Shown: piece by piece, positions 33,060-44,900 of the stretch
Position numbering within the stretch: position 1 is the stretch's first letter
How the letters are laid out: every line of letters begins with the position of its first letter
From: Octopus bimaculoides
Taxonomy: Eukaryota
Direction of reading: 5' to 3'
Length of the DNA: 64,000 nucleotides
Assembly (NCBI RefSeq): GCF_001194135.2
Contig: NC_068984.1
Span: 84,110,737 to 84,174,736 of the forward strand
Notes under the pieces: generated by a model
Told to the model about the DNA's origin: nothing
The model's database searches: none
Seen by the model: the letters and a program-made list of their open reading frames with translations, nothing else
Made by a program: the position numbers and the translations under genes

Positions 33060-36000
33060 CAAAACAAAAGACGAAGACGGGTGTGTAAACAACAAACAGA
33101 TGTATTAGTTTAACGCTCGCGATTGAGAAAATCTTTTACGTTTCGAGCCTACCCTCTTCGACAGAAAGGAACACAGAAATAAATAGGGAGAGAAAATAAA
33201 AAAAGGTTTAGTGGCTAGCGATCATATATATATATATATATATCATGTGGTGGTGATAGTATGACATTCCGCTAAATAATAAACAAAATGTAAATATATC
33301 TATATATTTCTTACGTTGTCAAACTTTAACAATAAACATCAAGAAATAAAATTTAAATAATTACTAGTTTTCCAAATAATATATAGATATCAACTCCTAA
33401 GTTACTACTTTTAACGCAGGTCTTTTTCCCCATATGTTGATTCTGTTTCAAATCGGATCCAACTTTACTACAATTTTTCTCTTTATTTCTCTTAACTTTC
33501 TCACAGCACATCTTGAGATCTCAAGTTTATTTATCGATTCCAAAACGTAACTTTATAGTTTTTTTGAGAAACTTTGCGAATGTGTAAATAGCGAAAGCTG
33601 TCTTTGTTCTTAGTGTTGTCTAGTGCCCGATGAGCTGTGATTCACCAAACTTATAGTCAGATACGCTCCAGCCGTGACCATCTCGTATATTTCCAGGCAT
33701 AATATATCTAGGACCACATCCATTGTGTTATTCATTCCTAAGATGATGTGGTGTGTTTGGAGAAAGTTTGGCTGCTATTTTTAGCTAATCAAACGATCAC
33801 GCAGAGGCTCCCTCGTTAGTCCGAGGTTCTTTGTGTTTCATGTGTTTTACTATTTATAATTTAATATACCTAAATATTTAGTTTGACACCTCATCTGCAA
33901 GGTGTTCTTGATATTCTGGCATTAAAAAGCCTTCCTAACGAAATTCCTGAAAATGAATGAACAAATGTTATTGCCAAAAATGCACCACTGACAAATTCAA
34001 GAGGATAAGAATGTTATACATTTATTAAAATTTGATATGTTCCCCTCACTCCATCACAGAATAAATATAAATTATGTAAAACAAAAACTAAAACAAGATA
34101 TAATATTAAAATTAAAAATAAAAACCTTTAACCATCCACAGAGTGGTAACAATCTACTAGTTACATGAGATCAGAGAGAGAGAACAGCATGGCTCTTCTC
34201 ACCAGTCATTATATTATTCCTAGGATCACCAAAGGTATCTGTAAGCATTTCTTTGGTGGGTTTTTCTTTATAACATCTAATATCTTCTGAACAAAAACTA
34301 TTTTATATCTTCATAAATTTCTTCTGTGATTTTAACCAAAACTCTATCATCCCAGTGCTCCTAGTCTTCATCTAATTCCTGTTCCATCCATATATTGATA
34401 GTCTGAGCCTCCTCTTTACTCATACTTGTGCAGTTAATAGTAGTTGCTTCTGACAATCGTGAATTTGCATGAGTACTAGAGATTATCCTATTTTCCTGGA
34501 AGCTTTCTGATAGATTTTGGTATTGTCTCTTTTTTTTTTTTTTTTTCCTGTAACAGTCTGTTAGTCCACTCAACCTTCATTTGCTCCCCATTTTCTCAAG
34601 AGGTACAAGTGGATGATGATGTGGGCTTCAATATTGTCCACTTCTAAAACTGAAGGTGGGTTAGTATCCAGCACTTCAACCAATAACACTGTTGGAAGGG
34701 CAACCTCTAGAACTTGCTGCATTTGGCCATCCTCCTTTCTTCTTGTCTTTTCAACTCCTTGGCTTTTTTTTTATCATGAGTGTAACCTCTATATTTTCTG
34801 CCTTGCATCACCAGTCTGATTCACAATGGAGCATAGCTCTATGCATACTGCTTCCAGCCGCGCATCATTCTTTGTTACACCTATGCTTTTAAGTCAGGAC
34901 TCCGCATCACTGCTCGAGTCTCTGCTTATCACATGTTACGCAGGCAAGGTACTAAGATTTCTGAGCAGATATCTTATGCTCTAGCTTTGCTTGGTATTGT
35001 GCTTCACCCTTGGTCCTTGAGGTCAAGCTGACACTATTGCAAGATTTAGCCTAGTCAGTATATAAGATGCTGGTCCAGATGTCAACCAGCACCTTCCTCA
35101 ATTGATCTTTGAGGGTATAGAAAAAGCTTGTTTCATGAAGCAATGGTAGGTGAACTTTTCCCTTCCCCTCTCCTGACCAAGTTCTTTGAGTAAGGAAACA
35201 GTCCCTGGTGATAGAATTCTATTACAATTATATTTTCAAAATTTCTTTTTGCTGATAATGGAAGCAAAAGACAAATTTTCATTATAGTTTTGGCAAAAAG
35301 TTTGTGTATGTTATGATGTGTAATTTATCTGGCAGCAAAAACTCCATTTTTGCCAATGTATTTTTTATCTACAAAAATGTCTGTATTCATTTACATGGCT
35401 CATGTTCCTCTTTTTCCTTGGTGTACTTTTGGGAGAAGTGTTGTCTTAGTCACCATGTTTGAAATGCTTAAATGATGTAAAAAAAAAATTCATATATGAA
35501 TTAAAGTTCTTTTTTCTCAAATGTGAAGAAAATACCAGAAATAAGAGTTCATGAAACAGAGTTCATGTAAAAGAAAAAGAAAATCTGTTTGTGTAATACA
35601 ATGAATTTTTTAAATCATAAGAGCTATGTGCAATATAATTTGCTGAAACAGAAGCAATATTAATAATTCTTTCTACTACAGGCACAAGGCCTGAAATTTG
35701 GGGAAAAGGGGGCTGTATTTGATTGGTACTTTATTTTATTGATGATGAAAGGATGAAAGGCATAATCAACCTCATTGGAATTTGAACTTGACTTTTCCTG
35801 CCATACATCCTTTCAGGGTTGATAAAATAAAGTACCAGTCAAATACTGGGTCAAACTGATCAACTAGCCCCCTCCTCCTAAATTTCAGGCCTTTTGTTTC
35901 TAACAGATACAAGGACATAAATTTAAGAGAGGGGTGTATGGAGTGGAGAAAGGCTTGCTTTATATGTATTTATAAAGGTACAAGCACGTGTGGTTGAGAA

Positions 36001-37309
36001 GCTTGCTTGCCAACCATGTCATCTTGGGTTCAGTCCCACTGTGCAGCACCTTTAGTCTACTTTAATCCTGGGCTGACCAAAGCCTTGTGAGTGGATTTGG
36101 TAGATGGAAAATGAAAGAAGCCCATCATGTGTTTATATATATGTATGTGTGTGTGTTTGTGTGTATATGTGTATGTTAGGGAAAGAAGAGCAGTACTTAT
36201 GACTTTTGAAGGTTCTTCCAGATAAGTGAAATTGACTAGGCTGATGTCCAGCTGAAATGTATGCAGGTCCATGTTGACATAAAAAGCATCCAGTCCACAC
36301 TATAAAGTGGATGGCGTTTGGAAGGGCATCCAACTGTAAAAACCTTGCCAAAACTGACCTTACCTGTGCTTGTGTCACGTAAAAAGTACTCAGTCCACCC
36401 TGCTGGCTGGTTGGTTTTAGGAAGGGCATCCAGCTGTAAAAACCCTGCCGAAACAGACACAGAAGTCTGGTGCAGGCTCCTGTCCAGCCGGTACCTGTCA
36501 AACTGTCCAACCCATCCCAGTATGGAACGCGGATATTAAAGGATGATGAAGAGGATATATGTGTGTGTGTGCTCCACCCACCCCACTGCTTGAAAGTTAG
36601 TGTTGGTTCGTTTACATCCCCATAATTTTTCAGTTCAACATTTTGTCCATCTTTACATTCTGAGTTCAGATTCTGCTGAGATCAACTTTGCCTTTCATCC
36701 TTTGAGGTTTGATGAAATAAGTACCAGTTGAACATGGGTTGATGTAATTGACTATCACCTCTCCACAAATTGCTGGCCTTGTGCCCATGATAAAAAGAAT
36801 TATTACTAGCAAGAAGGAAATTGGAATATGATGATTACATAATGCACTTTATATATACACTTTATATACTTTATGCACAATTTTATAGACTTAATACACA
36901 GCACTCTCCCTCTTTCTCCCGCAGTCTTTGCCTTACCCTCTTTTTCTCTTTCCTTTTTCTTTCGCTCTTCATCTTTCCCTTCAACTAATCACATGAAAGC
37001 ATCACAGACGGGCTAAGTAACGGAGGAAAAAAAACATAGTTCAAAAAAAAGATTTACACATTTCACTCATCACCTCCTCTCCCTCCACTCCTCTCTCTCC
37101 CCTCCCCCTCTCCCCCTTCAACTGATCACATGGAAGTGTTACGGATGGGCTAAGTAATGGAGGAACAAGCAAAATTATTATAACATCATTATTATTTGCA
37201 TTTAGATGGGAAGTTGGCTGAGTGGTTAGTGTTAAATAGAATGCTAAGCAGTATTTATTCCATCTCACTACTCCAATTTCATATTAGTCAAGCACCATCA
37301 TCATCAATG

Positions 37310-37790
37310 GTGCAGGTGTGGCTGTGTGGTAAGAAGTTTGCTTCCCAACTGCATGTTTCCAGGTTCAGTCCCACTGTGTGGCACCTTGGGCAAGTGTTTT
37401 CTACCATAGCCTTGGGCTGACCAAAGCCTTGTGAGTGGATTTGGTAGATGGAAATTGAAAGAAGCCCATCATATCATCATCATCATTTAATGTCTGCCTT
37501 TCATGCTGGCATGGGCTGGAAAATTTGACAGAAGCCTGCACCAGACTTTTGTGCATGTTTTTGTGTATGTATTTGTCCCCCACCAGTACTTGATAACTGG
37601 TGTTGGTGTGTTTACATCCCTGTAATCTAGCGGTGTGGCAAAGGAAACCAACAGAATAAGTACCAGGCTTTACAAAAAAAAAACAAATAATAATAATGAT
37701 AATAAGTACTGGGGCTGATTTGTTCAACTAAAATTCTTCAAGGTGGTGCCCCAGCATGGCCACAGTCTAATGACTGAAACAAAACAAAAA
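37310..37790 (+). mobile_element. SINE family A copy with an internal RTE-tail fragment
   Basis: Head at 37310-37465 and body at about 37570-37780, separated by (CAT)n-associated sequence. Confidence 0.75.
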
Positions 37791-38792
37791 AAAAAAAAAC
37801 TTTGGACATTGCTGTCTTGAGTCATCTAGCTGGTAAACTGGTTTCCATGATGTATAAGTGACTGAGATCACAACATTCCCTCTGAATGGGATACCAGTCT
37901 GTTGCAGTGTTACTTACTTATAGCTGAAAGGACTGGTTTTGCACAAGACCACAATGCATGCCTAGAGTCAATATAACTGACAGTTCTTGTCCTACTAAAA
38001 TTTCAGATATTGTTTCTATGCAAGGAACTTTTTCAGCTAGATTCTGCCTCTGAATATTCAGAAAATATTCAAAGCAGCAGAATCATTAGTTTTGGAAAAA
38101 AAATGCTTTGCTGGATTTATTCTGGCTCCTTATATCTTGAGTTCAAATCTTTACTTTTCATCCTTTCAGGGTCAATAAAATAAAGTACCAATAAGTACAG
38201 AGGTCAATGCAACCCTCTCTCTTCAAAATTGCTGGTCTTATGCTTAAATTAGAAACAGTTATTAGTCATGAAGTTGTCTTATTATTTCCTTACTTCTTTC
38301 TTTTCTTTTCCTTTTCTATTGCACTCTCTGTCTTTTTTTTTTCTACTTCTGTTACAACTACAAAAGAAATAATTCTGTAATGGTCCTATTTTTCTTTTAC
38401 CCCTAAAATTCTGCTGTTCTTGTTTTTTACTCCCTTCTACTTTGTGTTTACCTTCTATAATGTTCCTGCCTCACTTTACCCCCCCCCCCATCTTGCTCTA
38501 CTGAACTCAATATCATTCCACTTCACCCTGCCCAGATCCCTTCCCCCTTCATGATATACCTACCCACCTCACACTATCTCCACCCATTTCACTCTATCAC
38601 CACCACACCCCATCCTCACCCTCTACCCATCCCACTCAGCGATGTGTAATTCTTTCAGTTACTTTATCATACCACTTAAGAATAAAAATGTGGGCTTGTT
38701 CAAATTTCTGGTTCCTTTGACAGTTCAAAAGAAAACTTAAGTGAAGTTGAGTATTAAATGTGAAATTGCTGTTATCATACAACAACACTCTA

Positions 38793-38797
<5 letters not shown>

Positions 38798-38855
<58 letters not shown>
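38798..38855 (+). repeat. (TC)n(AC)n microsatellite
   Basis: Direct reading. Other microsatellites include (TA)n/(CA)n 20632-20698, (ATT)n about 54160-54192 and 55724-55763, (GAT)n about 58618-58645, and (CA)n 53797-53827. Confidence 0.9.
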
Positions 38856-41707
38856 GAATTGCTGAGGTATAGGTTTTTTTTCAGTAATAGCAACTCAAAC
38901 CAAAATAGAAGTTAAAAGGATCAGTCTTGCATGAGAACTATATAGGTTTCTTTGCTGGATCCTATATCTTTGTGTGTTTGTATGTAATATTGAGGGCACA
39001 GGGAAATTGGCTTAAATGGTAGATGAAGTTTTTGCAGCAGTGATTCTCAAACATATCCTCAGTTCATGACCCTCTTAGCTCTACACATTACATCTTACCC
39101 AGTTCCTATAAATATGCCAAATCAAAAAAAAAAATTAAGGGGCCTTTCTGTGATCATTGAACTTGCTAGAAATAGCAGTGAAACTACCCTCAAATTACAC
39201 CCTGCTGTCTTAAATAGAGAGGGATACATTGATCAAGGAAATACTACAATACAAATACAGCTGATTCATCCAATTATATTGCCATCTCTTTTACAAAATG
39301 GACTCAATGAAATCATCTTGAGAGCAATGGTTTGATATTTTAGTTATTTCTCTGTGCACAGAGGATAGATGACACTTCAACCTTCACCCATCATCATCAT
39401 CATAACACATACCTCAATGAACAAAAAATACTTTCATGATATATATATATATATATATATACACGCACATACCTTCATACATGCACACAAAGCTAGCATG
39501 CTGTCAAAGTGAAGTATATTATCTTGTTAACTTGTTATACTATTGTTAATCACTTTATGAACTGTTATTTTCCCTATCTACAACACAATGGGTCCTTATG
39601 TTATCAGCCTAAGCATACAGACTATGCGTACACCTTCCTACAGTTTTATGACTGAATCTCTCTTCATTGTTCATGTAACTTTAGTGATTGCATTAACACC
39701 TTAGGACCTGGCCTTGGCTGGTTGCGTTTCATATTCTATTGTCTTCTGTCTGTTCTTTCATTTGTGCAGCTGTCTCTTATGTACAATCTCTGTAAATTCA
39801 TGTATTACTCTCTCATCGTTGATCTAGCAGTTTAATGGCTTAATGTCTTTAACTACTCTGCCTGTCTTTACATTTGGACCCTCTGTTAAATTCACTGTTG
39901 ATTGACCTCTGTTAGTCATTCATTCTCATTGTTCAACATTCTATTTTAGTGACACTTTCTCACCACTTCATTTTCATTGTAATTGAGGGCTTATTTGAAA
40001 CCATATTATTTCAAACTTCTTTCTCCCAAAGGCATCCTGATTCATCTTCATAGTGGATGGCAGAATTAGTAGAGCATCAGTAAATAACATTGTGCTATTT
40101 AGTTACAGCCTTTATGTTTTTGCCCAGACCTGTTTTACTTTTCATCTTTCTTTAAACAAAATATATGAATCAAGTAGTTGGGTGATATAACCATCTACAC
40201 TTTTGAAGGTGATGCCCCAGCATGACCAGTCAGGTCATTGAAGGTGGTAAATATGTTTAAAAAATTCCCAGTTTTGTTTTTGTGACCTTGAAAGAATTAG
40301 TAAAACCTTCCAGTATACTTTATTATTAGCTTTTCCCCACACATCCTGCTATATAGTTCACTATCTGCTTCTTTCTTCTCCTAAGTCAGTCACTGTTCTA
40401 CTCTTTTACTGTCATGGATCTGTGAGTCATTATCAACTGTTTCATAAATGATCTTAATACACATTCATTATTCTCCATCTCCCTTGTTAAAAAAAAAAAG
40501 CATACATCTGCCAATTTTATTCATAGATATATACTTTTAAAATTTTGTGTTGCAAAATCTACAAGTCTTACCTGTGTTCATTGTTGGACCTCTATTCGTC
40601 TGCTTTATACATAATTCAGATAATCTTTCATATAAATATAATCATAATTCAGATAATCTTTCATGTAAAGATAATCATTTTGTTGACAAGAAAAAATATC
40701 CTGGTAAAAGGCACCTGTGCTAGCCATATGTTTTACCACTACACTCTTGGAATAGTTGGCGTTAGGAAGAGCTAACCATGTAGTCAGCTGATTGCAACTG
40801 GGGATGCTGAACAGAGGTATGGACAAAAGCCTCTACTGAAAGTGTGAAAGTAGACAAAATCCTCATGCTTATATTTTGCGGTTATTTTTTCATCTTTATT
40901 TTTTTTTTCCACATTTCTTGACCTGGTCAAAACTTCTGATATATTTCGTTTTTATTTTCATTTTACTTGTTGCAATCATTAAACTGAGGCCATGCTGGGG
41001 CATCATTTCGAATAATTTTTAGTTGAATGTATCAACTCCAATATTTTTTTTAATGATTTTCAATAAGCATATAGTTAAGCCTAAAAGGTCTTTCCACATG
41101 CTAGTGATAACAGCCAAATCTTTAAATATTATTTTTATATAATTTCAAATAAACAAAAACGGAAACTGTAGTTGTAAAAAAAAAACAAAACACTTTCATA
41201 CTTTAACTATGGGGGTTTGTTTGAGGGGTTTTGTCTTAGGGGGCTTTTTTCCTAAGGGTCTTTTGTATTACACCTGCTAAACAGAACTCTAAAAACCATA
41301 CTGTTTATAAAATTTGATTATGTCTCTGTTGTGTGGAAATAGAACTCCCCCAAGGCAGAACGGATGGATTAGTCCGCCAGGATAAATATGTTGGAGTAAT
41401 GCCAATGGGTTGACGGAAGGTCGGCCGTGACCTGACAGCTCAGGAGTTTGAGTAGTACCAGTGAGTGGACAAGCATCTAGTACTATCTCTTAAACGGACT
41501 TAATGTATTATTTTGTTATGTCGTACGAGAACCATACGACACAAGTCTCTCAAACAAATTCAGAACACAAAATAAAATCAGGTTACATTTATTTAATACA
41601 ACTGCAATCAACGGCAATGCAAGGCAAAAAATTTAAGAAAATCGTCCTTGTCTATACTTGATTTGTATTTATTAAGGGAAGCAAGTAACATGAGGTTTGA
41701 TTTTCGC

Positions 41708-42096
41708 TGGTGCTTCATATTTCGTCAAAAGGGTGTTATAATTTGAGTTAAGAAATGCATTATCTCGTTTGATATTTATTCTTCCACTTCCTTGCTTTCT
41801 CTTGATGCCTCCCATATCCAGCATTCGGTTCTTAATGTTGTGGACAGTGCTCACAGAGGCCCCCAACATTCTGAGCAATATGTCTAATTGTGCAACCCTG
41901 GCATGAAGCAAATCTTGTAATGCATTATCTCTTGGCTTCTTAAGTGGACATGCTAGATCGTATGACTAGCACTTCTGCTTAAATTAACTCTATATACCGC
42001 CTCCCTGAAATAGAAAACAATATTTTAATATTTACGCTCAGGAATATATGAAAAATAAGGCTTCCAAAATATTCCAAGTTTTGCTTCCCCACCCTG
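41708..42096 (-). mobile_element. Tc1/mariner 5' fragment: TIR plus transposase N-terminal HTH
   Basis: TA|CAGGGTGGGGAAGC terminus at 42096. Broken ORF MST*EAKR*..LLHARV...VSTVHNIKNRM...IKRKQGSG...KRDNAFLNS. Confidence 0.75.
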
Positions 42097-42346
42097 TATG
42101 TTCAAATATTTTGAGACTCAACACTATATGGGAATGATTAATGAAATTATTCTTTGGTTCTTGATTGGTTCTTACTTAATAGTATAATATCATTAAAGAT
42201 AAAACAAAAATAAATATAACAGCATACATTTGTTTTAAGTAACTTTACTAAAGTTCAGTTGCTTCACTTTCAACACACAATCTCAGATGTAGTCTTTTAT
42301 CACACTCCCAAACTATTATCTTTTATTTTTCAATATGTTATTCTAG

Positions 42347-42499
42347 ATTCCAATTGTCCTCCATAAAGAACCAGAACGAGATGACCATGGAAACCCTGTT
42401 GTCGGTACAGATGGCAAACAGAAATATCGATGTGGTTTTCGTATTGGAGGCGGAATTGATCAAGACAACACAAAGAGCCCCCAGGGCTATCCAGACAAA
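42347..42499 (+). CDS. TAX1BP3: TAX1BP3 exon 2 (IPIVLHKEPERDDHGNPVVGTDGKQKYRCGFRIGGGIDQDNTKSPQGYPDK)
   Basis: Acceptor ttattctag and donor AAA|GTGAGT; 153 nt. Carries the TIP-1 signature GFxIGGGIDQD. Confidence 0.96.
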
Positions 42500-43899
42500 G
42501 TGAGTATTATTTCAGTCTCCAGGTGATATATACTTCCAATTTTTTGTATTCATTGGATTTCTGTAATCATTAGTTGTTATAGTTGTCTTTCTTTTTCTGT
42601 AAAACTGTCAGAAAAGATGGGGCAGTGACCATGCCCTTTGCATATTTCACCCCAAACTGTTGAGATTAATATGGCAGCTATTAATCAGACCCTCCTAGAT
42701 TTTTGAGATTGATGTGACTGATGTACAGACCCTCTCACATTGGTAATATTGATGTGGTTGATGTACAGGCCTTCTCTGATTACTATTGGATGGCTGGAAG
42801 TTGAAAGAATCATAAAAATTGTTTCTTTTGAAATTGTATATTCTGCATTATTTTCATTTAAGAAAACCTTCCATCTGGGTAAAGCTGTAATTGAGGGCAA
42901 ATGACTTTCTCATTCTTTCAGCAGTTCAGGTGTTCATTTATAAATCTAAGAGCTTCACAATGATTACAGAGAATATTCATGTCACCAATGTTGTAACTTT
43001 CAACCTGTATGTTTACAGTTTTTTCTCTCTCTCATTTTCATTTTCTATTCTATCTTGAACATGTTCTCTTATCTGTTGTAAATACTCACTCTATACTCTT
43101 TGATTCACATTTTCCCTTCTACATGCTGCTGCTCCTGTGCTTGATCTAATGATTCTGCTTCTCTTTACATCATTGCCTATACCATCTTATTCTTTCTCCT
43201 TTTAGCTTATATCGTCTGTCACCGATATTTTATAAACAAATATCAATTTTCATGCGAGCAGATGATAAATAATTGCACTTACGCATATGCGTTAAGTGAT
43301 AGGCAGTATAAAAAATTTAGTTCAATAAAGAAAAGTACACAATTCTTCATGATGAAGTACTCAGACATGTTGTCCCACTCTTCCCTCAGGATTTGCTTAA
43401 AATGATCAAGATTTGGATGCAAAGTTCTGTTGGTAGAGTGATAGGCAGTATAAAAAAATTAGTTCAATAAAGAAAAGAAGTACACTTTTCACTACCCACT
43501 TACCATCACCACCACCACCACAGTTTTCAGTAACGAAGCTCAGCCTAAGCTGTTTTATTTTAATTCACTTCAGCCAATGATTTCGAAGTTTTGCCCAGCT
43601 AAGCTATTATTGGACTGTAAATCATTTAAGTTCATCTTGGATTTAAGTAGTCTTAACATTTTCTAGGGTAAGCTGAGTTCTATTGAATGATAATTAGTCT
43701 GTATGTTAGGTTGTATGTAAGATAGTATAGAGAATTTTTATTGATTAGATTTAGGGAAGTGCTAATGGTTAGAATTTCATGCACGTATAGCTTTGTAATT
43801 AAATTTGTATGTTTAGGTGTGTTATCTTCAGGTCAAAGGGTTCCACAAAAGAATGTAGTAAGATTGTTAGTCAACAGAACTGTCAAATGGTTTGGTTGT

Positions 43900-44400
43900 T
43901 GTTGGTTTTATTTAGATATTAAAGAGAATGTGAAGGTTAAATCCTAGAGTTCAGTGCAATGTTTTAACCTTAGTAGTTAGGTATGTTCTTGGTATGTTAG
44001 CTTTTAGAGGATTGGTATTTAAGGTTTATATCTGGCTCTGAAGAGAAAGGCTAGTCTTTGAGATGTGATTTTAACTATGCTAAGGACATGCTTTCATGAA
44101 AAGAAATTCTCAGTGACAGTGAGGCCCAGCAATTTGGAATGATTTTGAGGGCTCTAGTTGAAGAGGGTGTGTGCAGTGGATTTTCTTGATATGAGTAGCA
44201 CTTGAGTATTTTTGTTGTTCAGAGACAAGTTGATATGGCTCCCTCTGGGGGATGCTCTCAAGGTCTCTTTTACTGGATTTAACTATGAAATGACACAAGG
44301 ATTGATTATTGAGGATAATAGGAGAAACACTAAATCCCTTCCCAAGTGCTTTTCTTTTAGTTCATGTGGCGTGTGTATTTTTTGTTTATATGAACAATTT
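43900..44400 (-). mobile_element. Degraded CR1/Jockey-like LINE RT C-terminal fragment
   Basis: Minus translation KHVLSIVKITSQRLAFLFRARYK resembles the HI..I.K.ASQRL.FL.R motif; heavily decayed. Confidence 0.5.
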
Positions 44401-44441
44401 AACCTTTAAAGATGAAGCTTATAAAATAGGAAAGAGGCAAG

Positions 44442-44900
44442 TGAAATCGAAATCGGACTAAATTCGACGACTGGCACCCGTGCCAATGTCTCCTTCATTG
44501 GATACTAAACCTGGCTTGCAAAGACCTGTTGGGGCAAGTGAAAGCGAAATCGTGATGGCACCTGTACCAGTGGAGCGCGTCCGAGTGTGATCGTTACCAG
44601 CACGTGAAACGACATTCAAGCGAGGTCGTTGCCAGTGCCGCTGGACTGGCTCCTGTGCAGGTGGCATGTAAAATACACCATTTTTAACATGGCCATTGCC
44701 AGTACCGCCTGACTGGCCTTCATGCCAGTGGCACATAAAAGCACTCACTACACTCTCGGAGTGGTTGGCGTTAGGAAGGGCATGCAGCTGTAGAAACTTT
44801 GCCAAATCAGATTTGAGTCTGGTGTAGCCATCTGGTCCTCAGTCAAATCATCCAACCCATGCTAGCATGGAAAGCGGACGTTAAATGATGATGATGATGA
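44442..44900 (+). mobile_element. RTE LINE 3' UTR copy in TAX1BP3 intron 2
   Basis: Reverse-complement match to the 21848-22320 family; ends GCGGACGTTAAATGATGATGATG. Confidence 0.82.

Noticed and set aside
41340-41706. LTR-like CpG-rich segment with TGTCGTA/TACGACA inverted repeat and TAACA ends
   Set aside because: No paired LTR, PBS or TSD could be defined; left unassigned.
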